Shown here piece after piece: positions 10,092 through 18,613 of a stretch of 44,537 nucleotides of DNA. Origin of the DNA: a virus (lineage: Duplodnaviria; Caudoviricetes); the IMG/VR virus record IMGVR_UViG_3300043753_000013, positions 1 to 44,537 of that record, one strand, 5' to 3'. The notes beneath the pieces are model-generated. The model was not told the origin of the DNA. It did not search any database and saw only the letters and a program-made list of their open reading frames with translations. The position numbers were made by a program, and so were the translations under genes. Position 1 is the first letter of the stretch. Every line of letters starts with the position of its first letter.

Positions 10092-10928
10092 ATGCCCCTG
10101 ACGGGCCTTGATATCGCGTGGGCTCGACCCACGGACTCAGACATTCTCGGGACTGGCGCGCGCTTCGTGGCGCGCTATCTCAGTCCAGACGCCTCGAAGA
10201 ACATTACTGCTGCTGAAGTCCAGGGCTACCCTCACGACGGAATCTCTGTTGTCGTTGTTTGGGAGTCTACCGCTCAGCGAATGCTTGATGGACATGCGGC
10301 CGGCGTCGCCGACGCACAGGCCGCGGAGGCCGAAAGGAAGGCTGTCGGCCTTCCCGATGATCAGGCTATCTACTTCGCCTGTGACTTCGATGTTCAGGGC
10401 GGCCAGTTCTCAACTATCAACGACTACATGCGTGGCGTGAATTCTGTCATCGGCCTGAATCGTTCCGGTTTCTATGGCGGCTACTACGCGGTTGAGAACG
10501 TTGCCGCAGCGCCGACCACTGCCACGTACTTCTGGCAGGCGGATGCCTGGTCTAACGGCAGATGGAGTGCCCACGCGAATATCCGCCAGGATGGCGGGAC
10601 GGCAATCGGCGGCTCCGCCGATATCGACCATGCGATGACCGATGACTATGGACAATACCCGCGGCCTCAGGCCGCTGCCCCTCAGGAGGATGACTTGCTT
10701 ACTCAGGCCATGATCGATCTCTGGAATGGCATGTTCTGGGGCTTCAAGAATCAGCTCGACAAGCTGACCCCTCAGATCGCTGACATTCAGGCGAAGGTCG
10801 ATGCGCTGCCCGCGATGCAGACTGCCATCATTCAGGCGATCGGTGATTCCAAGCTGACCGCCGCCGATATTCAGGCGGCTCTTGCCAATGGGACTCTCAA
10901 GGTTCAGGTTTCCGTTCAGGCTGCCTGA
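10092..10928 (+). CDS. Endolysin, DUF1906/GH25-like glycoside hydrolase
   Basis: G..FVARYLS...KN, VWE, IYFACDFD, G.YGGY and WQ..AWS.G motifs. Confidence 0.85.
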   Translation: MPLTGLDIAWARPTDSDILGTGARFVARYLSPDASKNITAAEVQGYPHDGISVVVVWESTAQRMLDGHAAGVADAQAAEAERKAVGLPDDQAIYFACDFDVQGGQFSTINDYMRGVNSVIGLNRSGFYGGYYAVENVAAAPTTATYFWQADAWSNGRWSAHANIRQDGGTAIGGSADIDHAMTDDYGQYPRPQAAAPQEDDLLTQAMIDLWNGMFWGFKNQLDKLTPQIADIQAKVDALPAMQTAIIQAIGDSKLTAADIQAALANGTLKVQVSVQAA

Positions 10929-10955
10929 TCTCAACCCCTCTTGATTGGAGTATCA

Positions 10956-11327
10956 ATGACTGTTCTTGCCTCTTTCCCCGACCTTCTGACTCTCGTCCTG
11001 TCGGGCGTGACTGCCCACAATGGTCTTCAGATCCTGGCCAGCCGGCTGAACCGCGTTGCGACCGTGGTGGACCAGGGCGACGTCAAGACTCTGGCTCACG
11101 ACGCTCACGGCGTCGCTGACTGGGTCCAGACCCATGATCCGGCTCTTGCAAAGGCCGCTGAGGCTGAAGCCCTGCGCCTGAAGGGTGAGGCCATGGCGGA
11201 GGTGGTCAAGGTTCGACACGATGCGGCTGAGGAGATTCGCAAGCTTGCGACCGCCGTTGAGTCGGCCGCAACTGCCCTGCCTGTCACTCCGGTTGAGGCT
11301 CCGCCGGCTACTCCGGCGGGTAGCTGA
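10956..11327 (+). CDS. Lysis-cassette protein (possible holin/spanin-like)
   Basis: Follows the endolysin; hydrophobic N-terminus then coiled coil. Confidence 0.45.
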   Translation: MTVLASFPDLLTLVLSGVTAHNGLQILASRLNRVATVVDQGDVKTLAHDAHGVADWVQTHDPALAKAAEAEALRLKGEAMAEVVKVRHDAAEEIRKLATAVESAATALPVTPVEAPPATPAGS

Positions 11328-11611
11328 TGGGAGAGCCCGAAACCTCGATCGTCACGCTACGAGACATGTATGACGTCCTGATCGGGACCCGCGATGACGT
11401 TCGAGACCTCAAGACGGCCATGGGCGGTACAACCGCCCGAGTAGACGATCACGAGACTCGGATCCGAACCCTTGAGGCCAATCAGGGTGACTACGTCACC
11501 GAGGACGACATGAGAGACAAGTCAGGTCACAGCCTGATGCGCACAGGAGTCGTGTCGGGTCTCGTATCAACGGCCCTCGGTCTCGTTGAGTTCCTGATCC
11601 TGCACCACTGA
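11327..11611 (+). CDS. Membrane protein (holin-like; coiled coil plus C-terminal TM helix)
   Basis: DHETRIRTLE coiled coil and hydrophobic C-terminus, common in actinophage lysis cassettes. Confidence 0.55.
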   Translation: MGEPETSIVTLRDMYDVLIGTRDDVRDLKTAMGGTTARVDDHETRIRTLEANQGDYVTEDDMRDKSGHSLMRTGVVSGLVSTALGLVEFLILHH

Positions 11612-11620
11612 GCAAAAGAC

Positions 11621-11651
11621 AAAGCCCCCGCCTTTCGGCGGGGGCTCTTTT
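11621..11651. terminator. Bidirectional intrinsic terminator
   Basis: AAAGCCCCCGCC-TTTC-GGCGGGGGCTCTTTT between convergent genes. Confidence 0.85.
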
Positions 11652-11666
11652 GCGTTTGGCCTCAGA

Positions 11667-11861
11667 TCACGCGAAGTAGTCGAACTCCCCGGCCTTGACG
11701 CCCTTGATGAAGGCCGCCATCTTGCCGCGGTCGGTGGTAACGATGACGTTCGGGTCATCGCTCTCCCGCATCACAATTTTATCGCCAGCAATGGCAACCT
11801 CGATGCAGTTACTGTTGTTCCCCTGCGAGAAGCTCGACTTCTGCCACTGGTAATCCTTCAT
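11667..11861 (-). CDS. DUF397 domain protein (BldB/Scr2-like)
   Basis: WQKSSFS....NCIEVA......RESDDP...........F..GVKAGEF signature. Confidence 0.9.
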   Translation of the reverse strand: MKDYQWQKSSFSQGNNSNCIEVAIAGDKIVMRESDDPNVIVTTDRGKMAAFIKGVKAGEFDYFA

Positions 11862-11871
11862 GCTTTCCCCT

Positions 11872-12750
11872 TCACAGTTGATACATTACGTGCTGAACCA
11901 AACCCCAAGAGTCGCGCTCAGCGCGCTCTCGAAGACTCATCGTTTCAATTGGCGAGAGCGAGAGCTTCGCCAGCTGATCGAAAGTCGCTCGATAGCTATC
12001 GATCTTCTCTGTCGTGGCAAGGAACTCTGCCCGATCCGGATGGTCGATCCCAATCGTCGTCAGTCGAGGCTCGTCCGGCTCGCAAATGAAGAAAGACGCG
12101 GCGTACGGGCTGTAGCCCTCAGCCGTGAACGGCATGATCTGAATCGTGATGTTTGGCCGTTCAGCCATCTCTATCAGATGCAGTAGTTGGCCTCGACTGA
12201 CGTCGCGTCCCGGGAATCTTGCTTGAAGTGCGGCCTCATGAATCACAAAGTGACACTCGGGAGCGTCCGACTTTTCGAGGATCCTTTGACGCTCAAGCCG
12301 GAAAGCTAGTCCAGATTCAGGGTCGCTGGTGGGTGTGTAGGTGTGGGCGAAGACCGCCCGAACGTAGTCCTCAGTCTGCAGTAGTCCCGGAATGTGGAAG
12401 GTCTCGTAGTTGATGATTCGCCTTGAGCTTGCTTCCATCTCTGCCAAGTCAAGCGCGTACTGTGGCATCCGCTTCTGGTGACTGGCCCACCAGGCAGCAA
12501 CGTTGGGTGAGCCCAACTCAAGTAGACCACCGATGAACGCCTCATCTTTGCACCCGTAGGCAACCATGAGGGCTCTCACACGATCGGGTGAAATCGCGGT
12601 CCGCCCCGACTCGATGTGGCTCAAGTGCGGTGTGCTCATGTCGATCAAGGCGCCGGCCTCGCGGAGCGTTGTGCCAGCGTGCTCCCTCGCGCTACGAAGC
12701 TCAGCTCCGAGGCGGCGTTGCCGCTCGGTGACAGTGGTTCTGAGAGCCAT
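11872..12750 (-). CDS. XRE-family HTH regulator with DUF5753 domain (WhiJ/Scr1-like)
   Basis: T.RQRRLGAELR..RE N-terminal HTH; E...IPGLLQTEDY.RA, RL.RQ.IL and VIHEAAL motifs. Confidence 0.92.
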   Translation of the reverse strand: MALRTTVTERQRRLGAELRSAREHAGTTLREAGALIDMSTPHLSHIESGRTAISPDRVRALMVAYGCKDEAFIGGLLELGSPNVAAWWASHQKRMPQYALDLAEMEASSRRIINYETFHIPGLLQTEDYVRAVFAHTYTPTSDPESGLAFRLERQRILEKSDAPECHFVIHEAALQARFPGRDVSRGQLLHLIEMAERPNITIQIMPFTAEGYSPYAASFFICEPDEPRLTTIGIDHPDRAEFLATTEKIDSYRATFDQLAKLSLSPIETMSLRERAERDSWGLVQHVMYQL

Positions 12751-12941
12751 CCCGTGACCTCCCCTCTGGAGTGCAGTCTCGCGGCTGGACGGCCCAACGC
12801 GCCAGCCGCCGACGGTTGATGACTCTAGATCAACTTCTGTCAGTTCGGGCGAGTGGGTTGCAAAGTTTTACCACGGAGCCCTACCGTCTGTATCGAGGCG
12901 CCTACGCCATGGGTGCCAAAGCCCCGTGACGGAGGACACTC

Positions 12942-13358
12942 ATGTCTGCTCTCGTTACTGAGCCAAAGGAAGATCATTGGCTCACTGCAGATCTACTCGC
13001 GCCGGCTAGCGCGCGGCGCCGAACCGAGGACTTCTTGGCCGCGTACGGGCTCACCGCCCTCCAGGACGATGGGCTGTACGTGGTCTCGGAGCTGGTCAAC
13101 AACGCTGTGAAGCACGGTAGTCGGGTAGGCGGACGCGTACTGCTTACCCTAAGGGCTCCCGATCGTGCGGAGCTGCACGTCTCAGTCTGGGACAGCAAGG
13201 CCATCCCCTGGCTGATCATTCGCGATGCAGCCCTGGACGCGGAGCGCGGCCGCGGACTTCAGATCGTGTCAACCCTCTGTCATTCGTGGGGACTTGATAA
13301 TCGAGGCGACCACGGCAAGACCGTGTGGGCCATCCTCAAGCCGGAGGGAGCGTCGTGA
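12942..13358 (+). CDS. HATPase_c ATP-binding protein (AbaA/RsbW-like)
   Basis: AR......L, VVSELVNNAVKHG, V.D, E.GRGL.IV, WG and GKTVWA motifs; GGAGG RBS. Confidence 0.9.
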   Translation: MSALVTEPKEDHWLTADLLAPASARRRTEDFLAAYGLTALQDDGLYVVSELVNNAVKHGSRVGGRVLLTLRAPDRAELHVSVWDSKAIPWLIIRDAALDAERGRGLQIVSTLCHSWGLDNRGDHGKTVWAILKPEGAS

Positions 13359-13663
13359 GCGCGAACGAAGGACAGTCAGTGTTCAACCACAGGCAAGCCT
13401 TGATCGAACTTCGTCGCCTGGGACGCAGGCTCGATCTCCAGGTGACTGAGCAGACCGGCTCCACGCCGGCGGCGCTGGATGCCACGCTTCGCCTGATGAA
13501 GCAGGTGCACACGGAGATTGAACTCTCCATCGGCGCCAGCATGTTGGCTGTCGCGCGTCGCCGCGCGCCTGCCCGCGCCGGCGCTCCCAAGATGCCGCGT
13601 AGCGGCTCCAACGCCCCCGCGGGCGGAACTGGAAGAGCCCCCGCGGGACGGCCTCATCTCTAG
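13355..13663 (+). CDS. Hypothetical protein
   Basis: GTGA overlap with the HATPase stop; GGAGGGAG RBS. Confidence 0.55.
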   Translation: MSANEGQSVFNHRQALIELRRLGRRLDLQVTEQTGSTPAALDATLRLMKQVHTEIELSIGASMLAVARRRAPARAGAPKMPRSGSNAPAGGTGRAPAGRPHL

Positions 13664-13697
13664 GCGTGCCCCCGTCGTCCGGAGATGAGGCCACTAG

Positions 13698-13733
13698 GAG
13701 ACCCCGGTCGTTCCCCCCTTAGACCGGGGTCTC
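13698..13733 (+). terminator. 12-bp stem-loop (terminator or processing site)
   Basis: GAGACCCCGGTC...GACCGGGGTCTC, intergenic. Confidence 0.55.
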
Positions 13734-13755
13734 TCCGTCACTGAGGAGAGGTGAG

Positions 13756-14115
13756 ATGGCCTATTACGACGCGTCCGATGATGACGAGTTAGATCGACTC
13801 TTAGCCGACTTCGAAGAGGAGCGTGCCGTGTCGGTACTAGAAGGCGAGGAAGATCCGAGTCGCGGACCGTGTCGGTGCCGCTACCGGAATGCGGGAGGGT
13901 GCGTGGAGGATCTTCTCATCGACGATGACGACACGCTGACCGACGCGGCCGGCCGCGTCGTGATCATCGAGGAACGACAGCGCATCCACGATCCGGTCAC
14001 GGGCGAGATCAGGATGACCGCATTCATCGTCCGTGGTCGGCGACAACCCGGTACGGACGTGACGTCCTGGGCGATCTGCTGTCGGAAAACTCCACCCCCG
14101 GCTCCGCCGGCATGA
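13756..14115 (+). CDS. Hypothetical acidic/Cys-containing protein
   Basis: GAGGTG RBS; 119-aa ORF. Confidence 0.6.
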   Translation: MAYYDASDDDELDRLLADFEEERAVSVLEGEEDPSRGPCRCRYRNAGGCVEDLLIDDDDTLTDAAGRVVIIEERQRIHDPVTGEIRMTAFIVRGRRQPGTDVTSWAICCRKTPPPAPPA

Positions 14116-14175
14116 GGTAGACTCATCGTCAATGATGTTTCTTACGTTCGAATGCCTTCGCGAGGAAACACAGAG

Positions 14176-14210
14176 AAGCCCCCGGCCAACAGGCCGGGGG
14201 CTTTGTTCTT
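14176..14210. terminator. Bidirectional terminator
   Basis: AAGCCCCCGGCC-AACA-GGCCGGGGGCTTT at the convergence of the cassette and the early arm. Confidence 0.8.
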
Positions 14211-14216
14211 GCCGGA

Positions 14217-14402
14217 CTACTCCTTTGTCACCTTCTCAACCACGATGTCATAGAAGTCCGTGTCTTGATGCTTGGTTCCGATCCAAATGAGCACCTTGAC
14301 GGTCCGCGTGACGTCATCAATGTCGTCGCCCAAGTGCACTTGGGCGTAACCATCCCCATCGGGATCATCGTCGATGAACATCGTGATCTTGTACTTAGCC
14401 AT
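14217..14402 (-). CDS. Hypothetical protein
   Basis: Last gene of the leftward operon; GAGG RBS. Confidence 0.6.
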   Translation of the reverse strand: MAKYKITMFIDDDPDGDGYAQVHLGDDIDDVTRTVKVLIWIGTKHQDTDFYDIVVEKVTKE

Positions 14403-14964
14403 GCTGAATGATCCTCTCGTAGCAGATCGCATAACCGATCAGGTCGACGATCGAGTCTCGATGGCCTGGAGTACCGATCAGCCGACTGATCTTCAGCTGC
14501 CCCATGGCAAGAGCCACTTCGAGGGGCTGGACCTCCCGACCGAAGATGGCCGACCACTCCTTGGCAGTACGCCTGAAATCGTCTCCAGGATGGCCGTAGA
14601 CGGCCTCCCTCTCCCCGTTCCGCACAATCCGTGCCGCGGTCATCTCCGCCGGCTCCGTCTGGTCGGCATCGGCGTGATAGACGATCTCCAGGCCGAGGGC
14701 CTGGGCGAGAAGGTACTCAAGGCGAGCCCCTTCAGAGTCCTGCCATCCGGGGAGCATGAAGACCATGGATGCTCGAAGCAGCATCTTGATATCTGCCCTC
14801 ATGTACTCGGAGAGGCCCCGAGACTGATCTCCGTCGAAGTTCTCCGCCGGATTGAGAACGACCATGCCAGCTTGACGGAGGCTGTCCGCGGTCGAGTTGA
14901 AGAGATCGTAGTTGAAGTTCGGCTTGCCCCTCATCGGGCCGGAGATGTAGACGGCATCAGTCAA
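14395..14964 (-). CDS. DUF4406 (nucleoside deoxyribosyltransferase-like) plus DUF6378-like fusion
   Basis: VYISGPM.G..NFN...F, LNPAE and LPGW..S.GA.LE motifs, then R...YG.P...F...A..WS and KISR....H.DS..D..GYA; TTG start after GGGAGA. Confidence 0.75.
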   Translation of the reverse strand: MTDAVYISGPMRGKPNFNYDLFNSTADSLRQAGMVVLNPAENFDGDQSRGLSEYMRADIKMLLRASMVFMLPGWQDSEGARLEYLLAQALGLEIVYHADADQTEPAEMTAARIVRNGEREAVYGHPGDDFRRTAKEWSAIFGREVQPLEVALAMGQLKISRLIGTPGHRDSIVDLIGYAICYERIIQHG

Positions 14965-15229
14965 CGTGATTCTCCCATCGGTCGAAGAAGTCCGACGACG
15001 CGTCGAATACGTCGGAGACTCCATCAATGGCCGCGCAGATTGCCTGGATCTTCTTGATGCTCCCGGCGGTGGGCTTGGTTGCCGTCTTCGCACCCTCATC
15101 TGGATAAGCGAGGTGGCAACGGCCTTCGGCGATGTCACCGAAGGCGTCCGCAATTAGCCGAAGCTCAGACTGAGTGAACTCCATGGTGTAAGTCGGCTCG
15201 GCTTCGCTGCTGGCAATGAACTTAGCCAT
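14957..15229 (-). CDS. Hypothetical protein
   Basis: Tightly packed in the leftward operon. Confidence 0.6.
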   Translation of the reverse strand: MAKFIASSEAEPTYTMEFTQSELRLIADAFGDIAEGRCHLAYPDEGAKTATKPTAGSIKKIQAICAAIDGVSDVFDASSDFFDRWENHVD

Positions 15230-15497
15230 TGGTCACCGCCGTGATGTTCTCGATGTTCGGCCACGCGGGATGTCCACTACGCTTCTTGGAGCTAGACCCT
15301 CGAATCCCGCAGACCTGGACGCGGGTCACCATGTGGGGAACACGCTGCCGCGTGTGCCAGTCGTAGCGTTCTTCCTCACGCTCTTCGATAGAGAGAACTT
15401 CGCCTTCTACCACTTCGGTCGAATCACCGTATCGAGTTGAGTAGAAGACCGTGTCCCGGACCCCGTACTCATTTCCCCGCCAGTCAGTGAGTCGCAT
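15222..15497 (-). CDS. Hypothetical protein
   Basis: GGAGG RBS; D.RGNE..V.D.V.Y pattern. Confidence 0.6.
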   Translation of the reverse strand: MRLTDWRGNEYGVRDTVFYSTRYGDSTEVVEGEVLSIEEREEERYDWHTRQRVPHMVTRVQVCGIRGSSSKKRSGHPAWPNIENITAVTNG

Positions 15498-15864
15498 GGT
15501 CAACTACCTCCGTCACTGGGATGCCGGCCCGACGTGCTGCGCCGGCTGAGTGCTCCGTCCCGCGGCTCATGCCGGGGACAATGAAGGCGATGCAGAGATC
15601 GGCGCCGAGACTGACCATCTCGGCGTTTCGCTTGAATCCAGCGCTCTTTCCGAACTGATTCCAGTCCGCGGGATGGCGCTCTTCGGTGATGTCCGGGTGC
15701 GTCTCGCACCACTCGCGGACCATTCGATCCGCCCCGTAGGGGCAGTCTCCATGGACGATCGTTAGGGGCCTTTCGGGATGAAGCCGTGTCGTCTCATACC
15801 AGAGGACGGCTTCGAGCCGAACGCGGTCCGTCCATCGGCGCGAGCCGGTGATGAGGATCCTCAC
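15484..15864 (-). CDS. DUF2493/YspA SLOG-family protein
   Basis: RILITGSR.W, IVHGDC..GAD, HPADW..GK.AG..RN.EMV and SRGT motifs. Confidence 0.85.
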   Translation of the reverse strand: MRILITGSRRWTDRVRLEAVLWYETTRLHPERPLTIVHGDCPYGADRMVREWCETHPDITEERHPADWNQFGKSAGFKRNAEMVSLGADLCIAFIVPGMSRGTEHSAGAARRAGIPVTEVVDHATH

Positions 15865-16115
15865 TCGGCCGGGCCATTCTCGGCGATCCTCGCCGCATCG
15901 TCGTAGCAATCCCGCTCATCGCGGGAGATCGGCCACTCGTCGTCTTCACGGCGTGCCTGCCCGCGGGCGGCAATATCATTCGAGACGATCTCCCGAACCT
16001 TCGCCTCGATGTCTTCGACGAATCCTGCTTCTCGATACGCCTTATCGCCATACCAGCCTTCGAAAATCTCCCAGACTTCCGGACTGATCTTGTATTCGTC
16101 GCCGTCGATCTTCAT
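15861..16115 (-). CDS. Hypothetical protein
   Basis: AAGGAG RBS; coupled to neighbours. Confidence 0.6.
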   Translation of the reverse strand: MKIDGDEYKISPEVWEIFEGWYGDKAYREAGFVEDIEAKVREIVSNDIAARGQARREDDEWPISRDERDCYDDAARIAENGPAE

Positions 16116-16357
16116 CGATACATCTCCTTGAAGCGGATTCGAAACTTCTTCATTCGGTCCAGCCGGAAAACGATGAGCGACCCGTCCCACTGGACAAACG
16201 CAAGGAATTGGCGGTCGGATCGGATCGATGACATCTGCCGCTCAACGTCTTTCCGCGTCGTCCCGTCTTCAAGGGTGATCTCTTCCGCGGTGCCGTCTTG
16301 CCAAGTCGCTTCGACATAGACAGTTGTGTACGGCTCGCGCTTGCGAGACTCCGTCAT
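16112..16357 (-). CDS. Hypothetical protein
   Basis: ATGA overlaps. Confidence 0.55.
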   Translation of the reverse strand: MTESRKREPYTTVYVEATWQDGTAEEITLEDGTTRKDVERQMSSIRSDRQFLAFVQWDGSLIVFRLDRMKKFRIRFKEMYR

Positions 16358-16467
16358 CGCTTCTCGCGCTCCCATCTCTTCGCGGTTCTCATGAGCTGTC
16401 GGACAACGCCCGGGGCAATGCCCCGGGCGAGCCATCGGTCGATCAGCCGGCGGTAGCCGTCAGACAC
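16354..16467 (-). CDS. Small hypothetical protein (37 aa)
   Basis: Manual translation MSDGYRRLIDRWLARG...; overlaps both neighbours by a few bases. Confidence 0.4.
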   Translation of the reverse strand: MSDGYRRLIDRWLARGIAPGVVRQLMRTAKRWEREKR

Positions 16468-16624
16468 TGTTCTTGGCGACACTGATGAAGATGCCACCGA
16501 GGACAGTCACCAGAAGCCACTTCAGATAGGAGACAGCGGGGAAGAGGAACCAGAAGCCTGCGGCGATCGCGGCATAAATAGCCAGCATGACAAGAAGGAA
16601 CAGGACAACGACCAGGGTCTTCAA
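16460..16624 (-). CDS. Small membrane protein (54 aa)
   Basis: AGGAGG RBS then TTG; two hydrophobic stretches. Confidence 0.55.
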   Translation of the reverse strand: MKTLVVVLFLLVMLAIYAAIAAGFWFLFPAVSYLKWLLVTVLGGIFISVAKNSV

Positions 16625-16633
16625 AAGTCCTCC

Positions 16634-17242
16634 TTAGACCGCGGCCGGCATGCGGCCGACCTTCCGAGATCCGGGCCCGTCGTGATCGACAGTCGCGCGA
16701 TGCACGCGCTCATTGACTCGCTGAGTCAGAGTGTCAACGGCTCGATCGACCGCCTTTCGGGCGGCATCAGTCGGGTATTCCTCTTCGTCCCTAAAGCGGC
16801 GCGTGAGTCGCACCTGATCCATGCCGGACAGCGAAGCAAAAGCTTCGTCGAGGTCCCACAAGGCAACGCAGATGTGCTCATAGACGGCTAGGTGCGTCTT
16901 GTCATCCGGTCCCGTCGGGACCGTCGTCTCCCGTAGGGATTCATCCCAGTAGGCGTGAGTCAGGAGCAATCGAACTTCTGCGGGCGTGTAGAGGTATTGG
17001 GCCGTTCGAAGCGTGTAGTCGTATCGCTCCTTGGACGCGTACCGCGTCGCTGCGCGGCCCATAAAGGCCGCCACAAGGCTCTGATTGGCCGGATAGTCCG
17101 CCAGGATCTCGGGATGCTCCACAAGGGCCGCCACGGCCTCTTGAGACATGTCATCGGCTTCAATCCCCGGCCACCGTCGGGCCATGTTCTTTCCGACTCG
17201 CAGGGCGAGTGAATGAATCTCGGCCCAGTCGATCTCTGTCAC
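16634..17242 (-). CDS. Sigma-factor-like transcriptional regulator
   Basis: A.RWP.IE.DD..QE, Y..KER, Y.Y...EVR.LL and D...A...L motifs typical of actinophage sigma-like proteins. Confidence 0.7.
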   Translation of the reverse strand: MTEIDWAEIHSLALRVGKNMARRWPGIEADDMSQEAVAALVEHPEILADYPANQSLVAAFMGRAATRYASKERYDYTLRTAQYLYTPAEVRLLLTHAYWDESLRETTVPTGPDDKTHLAVYEHICVALWDLDEAFASLSGMDQVRLTRRFRDEEEYPTDAARKAVDRAVDTLTQRVNERVHRATVDHDGPGSRKVGRMPAAV

Positions 17243-17607
17243 TCGCTCACCTTCTTGTAGTCGTCAACCTGCTGGGCAAAATCGAAGTCGCCGGATTCAT
17301 CCCGGATGATGTACCCGAAGTCGCCATCCTTGTCCGGGGACTGGGAGACGGCCTCAATCGTGTAGTCGTCATAGCCATCGTTGACCTTGTCGCCTACTGC
17401 GAACTTCGGCGCCCGGATTCGGGTGTAAAGTTCGCTATTCTCGAAGTGCTCAATCGGGGCAACGCCCATAACCCCGAGGGAGGAGGCGCTAGGCCGCTCA
17501 AAGTTCACGTAGGTTCGCGCCTTCCAAACGAAGGACTCTGAGAGGATCTCGGTAATGGAGCCAATCGAGTTACTCCGGTACTTCCGTCCCGTCCAAGCCT
17601 CAGTCAT
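17239..17607 (-). CDS. Hypothetical protein
   Basis: GGGAGGGAG RBS; PKF.VGDKV SH3-like pattern. Confidence 0.6.
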   Translation of the reverse strand: MTEAWTGRKYRSNSIGSITEILSESFVWKARTYVNFERPSASSLGVMGVAPIEHFENSELYTRIRAPKFAVGDKVNDGYDDYTIEAVSQSPDKDGDFGYIIRDESGDFDFAQQVDDYKKVSE

Positions 17608-18365
17608 CGGTACTCCCTCCCTGCGACCGTGAAACGGCCGTTCTCGATGTAGACCACCTCGGGCCGGACTCGCCGGCCAGTCACATGCAAGAGGCCGAAC
17701 GCCTGCTGCCAGTTGGCGGCGCCAGTGGCGAGATATCCAGCTCGCCTCATGTTCATCAGATTGCCGACTTCCATTGCCCACAGGCGATTCGTCTTGCCGT
17801 TGTAGCCCCGGTCCCATGGCTCAAGGCCGGCTCGATGGGTGTGACCGCAGGCAACGGATTTGCCAATCTTCCTCACGAGACTCATTGCCGTTCCCGCGGG
17901 CCGGGAACTGATGCTTGCCCCCTTATTCCCGTGAGTTGAAACCCATCCAGGAGCCACGTCATAGAAGGTCGGTAGAGTCTCGATTCCGAACTCGGCATGC
18001 CGAAGCATCGTGTCGTATGAGATTCCCTCATAGCCGTGGAGCCACGGTGTGTAGCGCTTGACGGAATCTTGGACTCGGAGATCGTGATTGCCGAGATGGC
18101 GCTTCCAGGCGCCGTCGAAGACATTCCGCACCTTCGCCTGGATCTCATGAGCCTTCTTCAGGTCCCGCCCGAGACTGGTGTCGAATTCCTGGGCAGTGCC
18201 CTTGCTCCATCGGGATGGGGGAGCGAAGTCCATCCAATCGCCGATGTCGACGATCGTTGAAGGCTGATAGTCCTTGACGAATCCGATCAGGGCGTTGACC
18301 GCCCGGTCATCCTGCTCGGGAATCTGTGTATCGGGCCAGATCAGGATCGTCTCAGTACGCGTCAC
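17604..18365 (-). CDS. Calcineurin-like metallophosphoesterase
   Basis: DTQ.P, GD..D, GNHD, HG and GHTHR motifs. Confidence 0.88.
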   Translation of the reverse strand: MTRTETILIWPDTQIPEQDDRAVNALIGFVKDYQPSTIVDIGDWMDFAPPSRWSKGTAQEFDTSLGRDLKKAHEIQAKVRNVFDGAWKRHLGNHDLRVQDSVKRYTPWLHGYEGISYDTMLRHAEFGIETLPTFYDVAPGWVSTHGNKGASISSRPAGTAMSLVRKIGKSVACGHTHRAGLEPWDRGYNGKTNRLWAMEVGNLMNMRRAGYLATGAANWQQAFGLLHVTGRRVRPEVVYIENGRFTVAGREYR

Positions 18366-18576
18366 GAAGGCTCCATCCGAGAGTGTTCTCAAGAAAAGCA
18401 ATCGCAAGTTGTCGTGCTAGACCCTTCTGAAGGCCAGCCTCAATGGCGTCAACCTCGATGCCTACGGCAAGTTCGCTCATCGCCCGCATCCGCATGCGGG
18501 TATCGTTCATTACTGCTTGGACCTGATCCTCTGTGATCCCTGCTTCAAGAGACCGAAAGAGATCCCCGGCGCTCAA
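18352..18576 (-). CDS. Hypothetical protein
   Basis: AGGAGGAG RBS then TTG. Confidence 0.6.
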   Translation of the reverse strand: MSAGDLFRSLEAGITEDQVQAVMNDTRMRMRAMSELAVGIEVDAIEAGLQKGLARQLAIAFLENTLGWSLRDAY

Positions 18577-18613
18577 TGCTCCTCCTAGATGTCAAGAGTT
18601 AAGTAAATGGGCA

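Noticed and set aside
18590-18603. TGTCAAGAGTTAAG as another operator copy
   Set aside because: Three mismatches to the 14-mer; could be a weak site or just a -35 box, so not supportable
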